A stretch of DNA of 38,480 nt from positions 1 to 38,480 of the IMG/VR virus record IMGVR_UViG_3300037424_002232. The stretch is one strand, 5' to 3'. Origin of the DNA: a virus (Duplodnaviria > Caudoviricetes). Positions 25,894-34,396 of the stretch are shown here, piece by piece. The position numbers were made by a program, and so were the translations under genes. The notes below the pieces were generated by a model. That model worked only from the letters and a program-made list of their open reading frames with translations, ran no database searches and was not told where the DNA came from. Position 1 is the first letter of the stretch. The number at the start of each line of letters is the position of its first letter.

Positions 25894-25964
25894 ACCTTAC
25901 GCGAGGTCGCCCCGGAACTCTCCTGAACGGTTCAGGAGAGAAGCTTTTTCAATTGGAGTAATCT
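25894..25964. promoter_or_regulatory. Divergent late promoters sharing a central palindrome
   Basis: CTCTCCTGAAC-G-GTTCAGGAGAG (25918-25940); -10-like TAAGGT (minus) and TAATCT (plus), each 30 bp from the centre. Confidence 0.6.
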
Positions 25965-26027
25965 TCGCACGTTGAACAAAACCGAAAGCGCGCCACTAAG
26001 ACACAAAGGCACGAAGGAGAGCAAAAC

Positions 26028-27038
26028 ATGAACATTGAAACGTGGATCCCGTTCATGAGGCTCGGCAAACACACGGACTCGAAAGGCCGTCCCTTCGAGG
26101 CGGATGATGCCGTGCTGAACAAGATCATCGAGATGAACAAGGGCCGCGAGTATCCGCTCGCCATCGGGCACCCGAAAACGGATTCCCCGGCATACGGCTG
26201 GGCCGATACGATCAAGCGCGAGGGCGACATGCTCTACGCGAAATCGAAATCCATGGTCGCGGAATTCGCCGACTGGGTGAAGAAGGGCCTCTGGAAAACC
26301 ATCTCCGTCGCGCTCAACCCGGACATGACGATCCGCCACATCGGGTTCCTGGGCGCTACGCCGCCGGCCATCGAAGGGTTGACCGCGGAATTCAAGGCGG
26401 ATGACACCGGCATGATCATCGAGTTTTCCAAGCTTGAAAATCAAAATCAGAATAAGGAGGAAACGCACATGAAAAAGCTTTTGGCGCTGCTCGGGCTCAC
26501 CGAGACAGCAACGGAAGACGACGCGATCGCCGCGGTGAACGGCATCAAAACCTCGGCAAGCGCCGTCTTCGCAAGCAAGGCCGTCCTCGACGCGCTCGAA
26601 CTGAAGCCCGAGGCGACGGAGGCGGAGGTGGTCGGGCTGATCAAGACCTTCAGCCAGTCCCACGCCAAGGTCATCGATCTTCAGAAGGACAACGCGAAGC
26701 TGGAGAAGGCCATCCGCGACGGCGAGGCCGAGGACGTGGTCCGGTTCGCGCGGACCAAGGGCAAGATCACGCGCGAGCAGGAACCCTGGGCGCTGGAGTA
26801 CGCGAAGAACGATATCGACGGCTTCCGGCTCTACGTCAATAAGGCCCCCGTGGTCCTCGATCCGGAGTTCACGGAAAGGGGCGGACATGCGTTCGTCTCT
26901 CCCGGCTCCGACGTGGACATGGACACCGTCCAGGCGATCGCGAGCAAGGCGATCGAGTTCCAGGCAGCGGCCGAGAAGAACGGCCGCACCGTCACCATCA
27001 GCGAGGCCGTGGGCGCGGTGATCAAGAAGAAACGGTAA
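26028..27038 (+). CDS. Mu gpI-like prohead protease/scaffold, with internal scaffold start at 26469
   Basis: IGHP...PAYGW, IRHIGFLGATPPAIEGL; in-frame AAGGAGG-N8-ATG. Confidence 0.9.
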   Translation: MNIETWIPFMRLGKHTDSKGRPFEADDAVLNKIIEMNKGREYPLAIGHPKTDSPAYGWADTIKREGDMLYAKSKSMVAEFADWVKKGLWKTISVALNPDMTIRHIGFLGATPPAIEGLTAEFKADDTGMIIEFSKLENQNQNKEETHMKKLLALLGLTETATEDDAIAAVNGIKTSASAVFASKAVLDALELKPEATEAEVVGLIKTFSQSHAKVIDLQKDNAKLEKAIRDGEAEDVVRFARTKGKITREQEPWALEYAKNDIDGFRLYVNKAPVVLDPEFTERGGHAFVSPGSDVDMDTVQAIASKAIEFQAAAEKNGRTVTISEAVGAVIKKKR

Positions 27039-27129
27039 AAAATCAGCTCATGGCTCATGGCTCATGGCTCATGGTTTAAAACTATCAGCTATCAGCTATA
27101 AACTATCAGCTATAACCGGAGGTTATACC

Positions 27130-27873
27130 ATGTGGAATCCAGCACTCAAACAGTACATCGCCGAGACGGCCATCGCAGTGTACCGCATCGTGAAGTTCGG
27201 CTCGACCGATGACTACATGGTCCAGGCCGCGGGGGCCACGGACGGACTCATCGGCATCAGCGGCGGCATCGCCGCGATAATCGCCGAGCGTGTTGATGTT
27301 ATCAAGAGCGGCATCGCCGACGTTGAATACGGCGGCGTGGTCACCCGCGGGGACCCGATTACCAGCGATGCCAACGGCAAGGCCGTGAAGGCGGTCGCGG
27401 GCCAGAACATCATCGGCTTCGCCGAGGCCTCGGGCGTCTCGGGCGATATCGGCTCATGCCTGATCAGCCCGCACGTCCTGGCAGCCGCCCAGGGAGCGGA
27501 CGGCCTGACGGTGAAGGGCGTGCTGCGGGTCGATTATGACTTCGCCGTGCACGGCGGCGGGGTCGGCGCGATCCCGCTCGGCGTGATTCTGCCGAACAAG
27601 GCCGTCATTGCCAAGGCCTTCGGCGACATCATCAGCGCATTAAGCTCCACGGCCGGCACGGGCACCATCGCTCTCGGCTGCAATACGGCCAACGACCTGC
27701 TCCTGGCGGTGGATGCCGACACGCTCTCGGGCAGATTCGACCTGATCCCGGTCGGGACCGTGGCCACGATGGTCAAGGCGACCGCGGCGCGGGAGATCAC
27801 GCTGACCGTAGGCACGAACGCGATCCTCGGCGGCAAGGCCGTGTTCTTCCTCGAGTACGTGATAAGCGACTAA
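27130..27873 (+). CDS. Capsid cement/decoration protein (DUF2190-like) with a C-terminal extra domain
   Basis: YRIVKFG...GIADVEYGG.V.RGD.ITSDANGKAV; position before the capsid gene. Confidence 0.75.
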   Translation: MWNPALKQYIAETAIAVYRIVKFGSTDDYMVQAAGATDGLIGISGGIAAIIAERVDVIKSGIADVEYGGVVTRGDPITSDANGKAVKAVAGQNIIGFAEASGVSGDIGSCLISPHVLAAAQGADGLTVKGVLRVDYDFAVHGGGVGAIPLGVILPNKAVIAKAFGDIISALSSTAGTGTIALGCNTANDLLLAVDADTLSGRFDLIPVGTVATMVKATAAREITLTVGTNAILGGKAVFFLEYVISD

Positions 27874-27891
27874 CCAGGCAAGGACGAACCG

Positions 27892-28383
27892 ATGCCAAAA
27901 GTCATTGAACTGCAACAACAGCTTGAGACGCAGACAGCGGAGTTCGCCGCGGAGCGCGCAAAGCTCACGGCGGACCTCGCTGCCGAGCGCATAAATAATT
28001 CGCAGCGGGCGTTTTTCTCCGCCGAGGAGATGAAACGCAAGATCTCTCCGGCCGTGGAAATACGGATGCTCGCCATCATGGAGTTCATGGCAGGCACGGA
28101 GAGCTACGAGTTCTCCGCGCCGGATCCCGCGGACGAGACGAAGACCATCAAGGTCAAGCAGGCGCCGGTCGAGCTGTTCAAGGAATTCTGTCGTACATGC
28201 CTGCCGGACATCATCACGTTCGAGGAGCTGGCCACAAAGAAGAAGGCCACCGGCGGCAATAAGACCGACATGACGAACGCCCAGGACATAGCGGCAAAGG
28301 CGATCGAATTTCAGAATGCCGAAAAAGATGCAGGCAGGGTGATCACCATCACCGAGGCAGTGAACCACGTGACGAAGCAATGA
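27892..28383 (+). CDS. Second scaffold-like protein
   Basis: C-terminus resembles that of the protease/scaffold (KAIEFQ..AEK.GR..TI.EAV..V). Confidence 0.65.
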   Translation: MPKVIELQQQLETQTAEFAAERAKLTADLAAERINNSQRAFFSAEEMKRKISPAVEIRMLAIMEFMAGTESYEFSAPDPADETKTIKVKQAPVELFKEFCRTCLPDIITFEELATKKKATGGNKTDMTNAQDIAAKAIEFQNAEKDAGRVITITEAVNHVTKQ

Positions 28384-28461
28384 ACCAAGGTCTCGCCACT
28401 AAGGCACTTCGTGGCAAGATTTGAGGTTTAAGTTTTAAAACTTTCATAAGGAGGACATACC

Positions 28462-29412
28462 ATGGGAACAGCACCGTTTCCGATTACCCCAGAAATGATG
28501 GCGATCACCATCGCGTACCGCAACCCGAAGTTGATCGCCGACGACGTGCTCCCGCGCGTGCCCGTCGGCACCCAGGAGTTCAAGTACCCCACCTACACCA
28601 AGGCCGACAGTTTCACCGTGCCCGACACCAAAGTCGGCCGGAAGTCGAAGCCGAACGAGGTCGAGTTCAGCGCCACGGAGACCACGGCCAAGTGCGACGA
28701 CTACGCGCTCGATGATCCGGTACCCCAGGAGGACATCGACAACGCCGAGGCCGTCAGCCGGATGACCGGCAAGTCCTACGATCCCCTCGGCCGCGCCAAC
28801 GAAGGCGTCACCGACCTCATCATGCTCGCCCGCGAGATCCGCAGTGCGGGCCTGGTGTTCACCGCCGCGAACTATCCCGCGGGCAACAAGGCCACGCTCT
28901 CCGGCACCACACAGTGGTCGGACTACGTGAACTCCGACCCCGCGAGCGCGATCATGACCGCCCTGGATGCCCTGATCTTCCGCCCGAACATCATGGTCCT
29001 CGGCCGCGCGGTCTACACCAAGCTCATCATGCATCCCAAGATCGTCGCGGCCATTTTCGGCAACAACCAGAGCTCCGGCATCGTGGCGCGGCAGCAGCTC
29101 GCCACCCTCTTCGAGCTGGACCAGATCCTCGTGGGAGAGGGCTGGGTCAACACCGCGAAAAAGGGCCAGACCCCGACGATCTCCCGCGTCTGGGGCAAGC
29201 ACTGCTCGCTCCTGTATCGGGACCTCCGGGCCGACACCAGGGGCGGCACGTCGTTCGGCTACACGGCCCAGTGGGGCAACCGGATCGCCGGGGCCATGCC
29301 CGACGCCACGATCGGCATGCGCGGCGGACAACGGGTGCGCGTGGGCGAAAGCGTCAAGGAATTGATCACCGCCAGCGACCTCGGGTACATGTTCGAGAAC
29401 GCGGTGGCGTAG
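28462..29412 (+). CDS. Major capsid protein
   Basis: AYRNPKLIADDVLPRVPV, QWSDY..SDP, RPNIMVLGR; position; AAGGAGG RBS. Confidence 0.9.
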   Translation: MGTAPFPITPEMMAITIAYRNPKLIADDVLPRVPVGTQEFKYPTYTKADSFTVPDTKVGRKSKPNEVEFSATETTAKCDDYALDDPVPQEDIDNAEAVSRMTGKSYDPLGRANEGVTDLIMLAREIRSAGLVFTAANYPAGNKATLSGTTQWSDYVNSDPASAIMTALDALIFRPNIMVLGRAVYTKLIMHPKIVAAIFGNNQSSGIVARQQLATLFELDQILVGEGWVNTAKKGQTPTISRVWGKHCSLLYRDLRADTRGGTSFGYTAQWGNRIAGAMPDATIGMRGGQRVRVGESVKELITASDLGYMFENAVA

Positions 29413-29522
29413 CGCGGCGCAGCCGCGCAGCTCATAGCTCGTGGCTCATGGTAAAAAATAACCCCCAGAGAAGGGGCCGTGTCCGGTGCACAGGGCACGG
29501 CCCCGCGATTAAGGAGAATGCT

Positions 29523-29804
29523 ATGCCCAAGTACAAAGTACGGGAAGGCGAGAACATCGTACATGACAACGAGCAGTACGGCCCGGGCGACGTGCTCACC
29601 TGCACCGAAAAGCAGGCCGCACTCCTGCGCGTGGATCCGGTGGAGGATGATAGCGGCCCGACCGCCAAAGAACTGGTCGAGCAGATCAAGACCATGACCG
29701 ATATCGAGGAGCTGGGCAAGCTGTTTCAGGGAGAGACCCGCACCACGGTCAAGGACTCGCTCAAAGCCCGGATCAAGGAGTTGAAGGCTACGGAGAAGAA
29801 ATAA
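29523..29804 (+). CDS. Small head-associated protein
   Basis: HDNEQYGPGD...ETRTTV; AAGGAG RBS. Confidence 0.7.
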   Translation: MPKYKVREGENIVHDNEQYGPGDVLTCTEKQAALLRVDPVEDDSGPTAKELVEQIKTMTDIEELGKLFQGETRTTVKDSLKARIKELKATEKK

Positions 29805-29871
29805 AAGCATTTATCACAAAGGCACAAAGACAGAAAGAAGTTCTTAGTGCCTTCGTGGCGGAAGGGGTTCT

Positions 29872-30309
29872 ATGCCGTATTCAACCGACGCGGATCTCAC
29901 CAACGACGTGATCACCCCGGCCGAGCTCGTCCAGCTCACGGACGACGAGGGCCTGGGCAGCGTGAACGCGGCGCGCACCACGGCGGCCAGGGCAAAGATC
30001 GATGAGCTGATCGACGGGCACCTTCGCGGCGGAGGCTACACGCTTCCCCTGACATCAACGCCGCCGATGCTCAAGACGATCTCCATCGACGGCACGGTCT
30101 GCTATCTCTACGAGCGCCGGTTCAAGGCGCAGATGCCGGAGTCGATCCAGAAAAAGCTCGATGCAATCCTGAGGCTGCTGGCGAAGATACAAAAACGGGA
30201 GATCCTGATCGGCGCGGACGCCGCGGTGGAGGCGGCAGGCGGCAATTATCAGACGAACAAAACAGCGGATGACCGGAAGTTCACAAAAGATGTGCTCGAC
30301 ACGTATTAA
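29872..30309 (+). CDS. Head-tail connector (Mu gp36, DUF1320)
   Basis: MPYST..DL...ELVQLTD...IDGHL..GYTLPL. Confidence 0.85.
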   Translation: MPYSTDADLTNDVITPAELVQLTDDEGLGSVNAARTTAARAKIDELIDGHLRGGGYTLPLTSTPPMLKTISIDGTVCYLYERRFKAQMPESIQKKLDAILRLLAKIQKREILIGADAAVEAAGGNYQTNKTADDRKFTKDVLDTY

Positions 30310-30351
30310 TAGGCCCTATGCGACTTATAGGACATATCGAAGGAGAACATC

Positions 30352-30549
30352 ATGCAAGGCAAAGTAAAATGGTTCAACGATGCAAAAGGCTTCGGCTTCA
30401 TCACCCTGGATAACGGCCAGGACGCATTCGTCCATTACTCCGCCATCGAGGGCGACGGGTTCAAGTCGCTCGCCGAGGGCGATGATATCGAGTGCGACAT
30501 CGAGACAAAGCCCAAGGGCTTGCAGGCGATCAACGTGAGAAAAGTTTAA
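30352..30549 (+). CDS. cspA: Cold-shock domain protein
   Basis: [22 protein letters not shown]. Confidence 0.95.
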   Translation: MQGKVKWFNDAKGFGFITLDNGQDAFVHYSAIEGDGFKSLAEGDDIECDIETKPKGLQAINVRKV

Positions 30550-30639
30550 AACCACTCATGCCACAAAGACACTAAGACACGAAGAAAAGCTTTTGACCTT
30601 CTTAGAGCCTTCGTGCCTTCGTGGCAAAAAGGTTGCGAT

Positions 30640-31188
30640 ATGAAAATCCTGATCATACCCGGACACGGCGGCAAGGACCCCGGCGCGGTACACCCGGAGC
30701 TCTCGGACGAGACCAACGAAGAAGAGGATTTCAATCTCGACGTGGGCCTGGAGCTGGCCCGGATCCTGCGCGACCGCGGCCATGATGTGAGCCTGACTCG
30801 AGACCGGGACCTCTACGTGTCCCCGGTCGATCAGCTCGCCATGATACGCCGCATCAAACCAGACTGCGTGATCGCGATCCACTGCAACGCGAACAAGAAT
30901 CCGGATGTGCACGGCATCGAGACGTTTTACCGGGATGCATATGATATCGAGCTTGCCGGCGCGGTGCATGAATCGCTCGTGGCGGTCACGGGGCATGCGG
31001 ACCGGGGCATCCATAAGGACGTCGACTACCTCAAACGCAAGCTCGCCGTGCTCTCCGATCTCGAGACGCCGGCATGTCTCGTTGAAATCGGGTACATCAC
31101 GAACGAGGAAGAGTTCGAATACATCGACCAGAATTACCAGACGATCGCGGAAGCGATCGCGGACGGCATCGATGCCTGGGCGTCATAA
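30640..31188 (+). CDS. N-acetylmuramoyl-L-alanine amidase endolysin (Amidase_3)
   Basis: PGHGGKDPGA, E, IAIHCNA, LVEIGYITN. Confidence 0.92.
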   Translation: MKILIIPGHGGKDPGAVHPELSDETNEEEDFNLDVGLELARILRDRGHDVSLTRDRDLYVSPVDQLAMIRRIKPDCVIAIHCNANKNPDVHGIETFYRDAYDIELAGAVHESLVAVTGHADRGIHKDVDYLKRKLAVLSDLETPACLVEIGYITNEEEFEYIDQNYQTIAEAIADGIDAWAS

Positions 31189-31238
31189 CTAATTCCCCTC
31201 CCATTCAAGGGGAGGGCCAGGGTGGGGATGGGCCTTCA

Positions 31239-31517
31239 ATGGGTATCGTAATTTACAAGGACCGCACGGGCAGAAACAGCCTCAAGCGCGTGATCGCGTT
31301 TCTCGGCTTTGTTTTTCTGAGCCTGGCTTTCGGACTTATGGCGTGGAAGGGAAAAATCACGCAGCAGATGTTCTACACCTACCCCGTCGGGATCCTGCTG
31401 CTCTACGCGCCGCAGCTTGCGATCACGCTGCTCAAGATCTGGAAGGGGCAGTGCGTCCCCGCGGATACGCCGCCGGCGGCGGCGGACAAAAAAGCGGATT
31501 TCGGCGGTGATGTATGA
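31239..31517 (+). CDS. Holin-like membrane protein
   Basis: Two TM helices; follows the endolysin. Confidence 0.6.
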   Translation: MGIVIYKDRTGRNSLKRVIAFLGFVFLSLAFGLMAWKGKITQQMFYTYPVGILLLYAPQLAITLLKIWKGQCVPADTPPAAADKKADFGGDV

Positions 31518-31930
31518 AGTTTTTCCTTCGCGTCCTTTGCGCCTTCGCGGTGATCAGCGCTTTCGGCTGTCATTCAGCGATCATCCATCCCATCTCGACA
31601 AAGACCGAGCTCGGCCAGCCGGTGACAATGACCGAGCCGCAGCGGACCGGTGATCCAAAGAACATCCCGGCCGGCGTCAAGCGGAAAGACATCAAAGCGC
31701 ATTGGAAGACGAAGTCCGGCGCGGAGAACTGGGTGGACAAAAAAGGCAACGTCTATCAGAACGAACAGGCGCAGCAGGAAAATGCAACGCCCCCGGATAT
31801 CCCGGCGCGGCCCTGGTATTTCTGGCCGGCGTGGGGCCTGGCGTTTTTCCTGACTGGAGCGCTTATCATCCTGCTGCTTTATTTACGCGGCCTTTTAGCG
31901 CCGGTTTTAAAGCTCTTCAAACGCCCTTAA
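31514..31930 (+). CDS. Lipoprotein with C-terminal TM helix (unimolecular spanin-like)
   Basis: Lipobox-like AFG-C and a C-terminal hydrophobic helix. Confidence 0.55.
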   Translation: MKFFLRVLCAFAVISAFGCHSAIIHPISTKTELGQPVTMTEPQRTGDPKNIPAGVKRKDIKAHWKTKSGAENWVDKKGNVYQNEQAQQENATPPDIPARPWYFWPAWGLAFFLTGALIILLLYLRGLLAPVLKLFKRP

Positions 31931-31969
31931 CTTCGTGCCTTAGTGCCTTCGTGGCGAAAGGGTTTTGCC

Positions 31970-32395
31970 GTGACCACTGAAATAGAACAGGTTGAAGACA
32001 AGATCATCACCGCCGTCAAGACCACGATCGGCATTGCCGACTGCGATACCTGGCAGGGCGGAGATCTGGAAGAGATGCTGGCCGCGGTTCTCTCGCCCAT
32101 TGCCGTGCGCGTGATCTATGCCGGCGGCAAGCATGGAGAGAAGAAAGTGATCGGCGTGAACCGGAGCGACCGCGATATGACGTTCCGCCTGGCGCTCGTC
32201 GTCTCGAATCTGCGGAGCCCCAAAGACGGCAGCCGGGGCGCATATGCGTACATCGAGAGCATGCTCACGACGTTCAGGGGTTTCTCGCTCACGCCGCTGG
32301 CCGGCTACCTCTGGCCGATCAGCGACGAGCTGCTCCTGATCAGGACCGGCAGGTTTGTTTATGGATTCGAGTTCGAAAGGAGAACAACGGGATGA
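31970..32395 (+). CDS. Mu gp37-like tail terminator
   Basis: IEQVEDKII...VVSNLRS...GAYAYIE; position before the tail tube. Confidence 0.75.
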   Translation: MTTEIEQVEDKIITAVKTTIGIADCDTWQGGDLEEMLAAVLSPIAVRVIYAGGKHGEKKVIGVNRSDRDMTFRLALVVSNLRSPKDGSRGAYAYIESMLTTFRGFSLTPLAGYLWPISDELLLIRTGRFVYGFEFERRTTG

Positions 32396-32592
32396 AAAAA
32401 GTCTATTACGAAAACGGCCCCGACGAGATCAACGTCGGTCCAAAGAACAAGCAGGTACTCATGAAGCGGGGCGAACCCGCGCCGCTCGACGACAAGATCG
32501 CGGACGCGCTTCTGGCAAAGCCGCTGTTCAAGGAATTAAAAGAATCCACCACTAAGGCACAAAGACACGAAGAAAAGAACAGCCGTTCTTAG
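32392..32592 (+). CDS. Hypothetical protein
   Basis: AAGGAG RBS; ATGA overlap. Confidence 0.65.
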   Translation: MKKVYYENGPDEINVGPKNKQVLMKRGEPAPLDDKIADALLAKPLFKELKESTTKAQRHEEKNSRS

Positions 32593-32629
32593 TGACTTAG
32601 TGACTTCGTGGTAAAGAGGAGGCCCTATC

Positions 32630-33598
32630 ATGCCGCAAGCCACAGGCGCAAATGCGCAGGTCATCTACCAGGCCGAGGCCACGTTCGGCGTTACCAATCC
32701 GTCTCCGGACGCGCTCATGCTGCCGATCATAAACGAATCGATCGGCCAGAAGCGCAACCTCGTAAAATCCAATGTGATCAGGAGCAACCGCAACCCGGTA
32801 AAGCCCAAGCAGGGAAACAAGGACGTGAGCGGGAACATTGTGACCGAGCTGAACCCGTTCATGGGCATCATGCTCCATCACCTCATGGGCGCGAACGTGA
32901 CGACGGGCGCCGGCGGGAACAAGACGCACACCATGAAGGTCGGCGCGCTGCCCGTTTCTCTATCGATCGAGAAAGGCTTTCTCGATCTGGCCGTGGATGA
33001 ATATTTCCTGGCCAACGGATGCAGGATCAATAAGGGCTCATTCGAGATCACGCCCGAGGGGCCCCTTCCCGTGACCTTCGAGTATCTCGGGAAAAAGATC
33101 ACGGCCTCCGGCGCCTCATTCGACGCGACGCCCATCGATTACGGACACCTCGGCTGGGACATGTCCGAGATGGTAATGCTCGAAGGCGGCAGCGCATTCA
33201 GCGTGGGATCGAATCTCAAGTTCGACATCACGAACGACTGCGACGGCGGCATGTACGTGATCGGCGGGGGCGGAGAGCGGCGGGCGATCCCCGAGGGGTC
33301 CACGCTCATCGAAGGGACGCTCGTCGCGTTGTTCGAGGACATGGCGCTGTTGACCAAGGCGATCAACTTCACGGAGACCTCGATCTCGGCCACGCTCACC
33401 CGCGGCACCGGTGACGGCACGGCCGGAAATGAATACCTCCAGTTTCTCCTTGAGGAACTGGTCTACGGCGAGGCCACGCCGCTCATTACCGGACCGAAGG
33501 GCGTTCTCATCGAGCTGCCGTTCTCCGCGTTCTACGACAACGGCGCGGCCGCAAGCGCGGTGCAGATCATCCTCAAAAATACGCAGGCCATTATATAG
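32630..33598 (+). CDS. Major tail tube protein
   Basis: EATFG.T, V.G.I.TEL, SLSIEKGF, I.GP.GV..ELPF.A; no sheath gene present. Confidence 0.85.
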   Translation: MPQATGANAQVIYQAEATFGVTNPSPDALMLPIINESIGQKRNLVKSNVIRSNRNPVKPKQGNKDVSGNIVTELNPFMGIMLHHLMGANVTTGAGGNKTHTMKVGALPVSLSIEKGFLDLAVDEYFLANGCRINKGSFEITPEGPLPVTFEYLGKKITASGASFDATPIDYGHLGWDMSEMVMLEGGSAFSVGSNLKFDITNDCDGGMYVIGGGGERRAIPEGSTLIEGTLVALFEDMALLTKAINFTETSISATLTRGTGDGTAGNEYLQFLLEELVYGEATPLITGPKGVLIELPFSAFYDNGAAASAVQIILKNTQAII

Positions 33599-33667
33599 GC
33601 TCTTCCCACCTTATTCCCTCTCCCCTCGCGGGAGAGGGGCGGGGGTGAGGGGGCATCAAGGAGAAAT

Positions 33668-34153
33668 ATGGAACAATTCAAATACGAAATCGGCGGCACG
33701 GCGTATGTCCAGCGTCCGCTGGTGCTCGGACAAGTGCTTTTGCTCGCCGGGTTGCTCAAGCACCTTCCGATCGTTCAGGACATGGGTGTACAGGCGATCA
33801 TCGCCTCGCTCGGGCTCAAGTTGCCTGACGCGCTGGCGATCGTATTGATCCCCCAGGACGGCAAGGCGATCGACAAGATCGATGACGACAAACGCTTCGA
33901 ACTCGCGACGGAGATCTCTTTCAGCATCGATCCGGAGACCGTGGCCAAGGTGATCGAGGATTTTTTCGACTGCAACCCGATAGCTTCTCTTTTGGAGAGG
34001 TTCGCGGGAATGACGGAAAAACTCAGCGGAAAGATAAAGACGATGAAGGAGCCTGGGTCGAGCAAGCCATCCTCCTCCTCACCGGCGGAGATATCACCAA
34101 GAGAGATGGGGTCCTTTGGGGATACACCCTCGCGGAGTGCAAGCCCTATCTAA
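33668..34153 (+). CDS. Tail assembly chaperone (gpG-like)
   Basis: Between tube and tape measure; slippery T TTT TTC at 33961-33967. Confidence 0.8.
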   Translation: MEQFKYEIGGTAYVQRPLVLGQVLLLAGLLKHLPIVQDMGVQAIIASLGLKLPDALAIVLIPQDGKAIDKIDDDKRFELATEISFSIDPETVAKVIEDFFDCNPIASLLERFAGMTEKLSGKIKTMKEPGSSKPSSSSPAEISPREMGSFGDTPSRSASPI

Positions 34154-34329
34154 AGCATCGCACGCGCGACCTGATCTTCCGCGAGGCGGTGCTCGCGCTG
34201 CTCGGCTGCGGCGAGGGCGCAGCGCCGGAAGATAAATACTGCAAGGCATGCAAGGCGGCGAAAAAGAACGACTGCGAGAACTGCGATAAGAGCATTGAAG
34301 TTGTTGCCACTAAGACACCAAGACACTAA
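33967..34329 (+). CDS. -1 frameshift extension of the tail chaperone (gpGT-like)
   Basis: Open -1 frame: WVEQAILLLTGGDITKRDGVLWGYTLAEC...; no independent start. Confidence 0.75.
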   Translation, partial: RLQPDSFSFGEVRGNDGKTQRKDKDDEGAWVEQAILLLTGGDITKRDGVLWGYTLAECKPYLKHRTRDLIFREAVLALLGCGEGAAPEDKYCKACKAAKKNDCENCDKSIEVVATKTPRH

Positions 34330-34396
34330 GAACTGCTTAAAATTTAAGAATTGTTTTTCTTCGTGACTTCGTGCCTTCGTGGCGAAAGGCCTTACC

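Larger units (their letters stand above)
2305..33653. repeat. Dispersed repeat family B (CCCTCACCCCGGCCCTCTCCC-N4-5-GGGAGAGGG-like), 9 copies
   Basis: 2305-2328, 6394-6429, 6607-6638, 7828-7864, 15953-15990, 17424-17462, 21443-21479, 31195-31232, 33615-33653. Confidence 0.85.

Noticed and set aside
21349-29331. Long opposite-strand ORFs (e.g. 21349-22665, 22715-23581, 25932-26888, 28444-29331)
   Set aside because: Shadow frames of GC-rich, clearly identified genes
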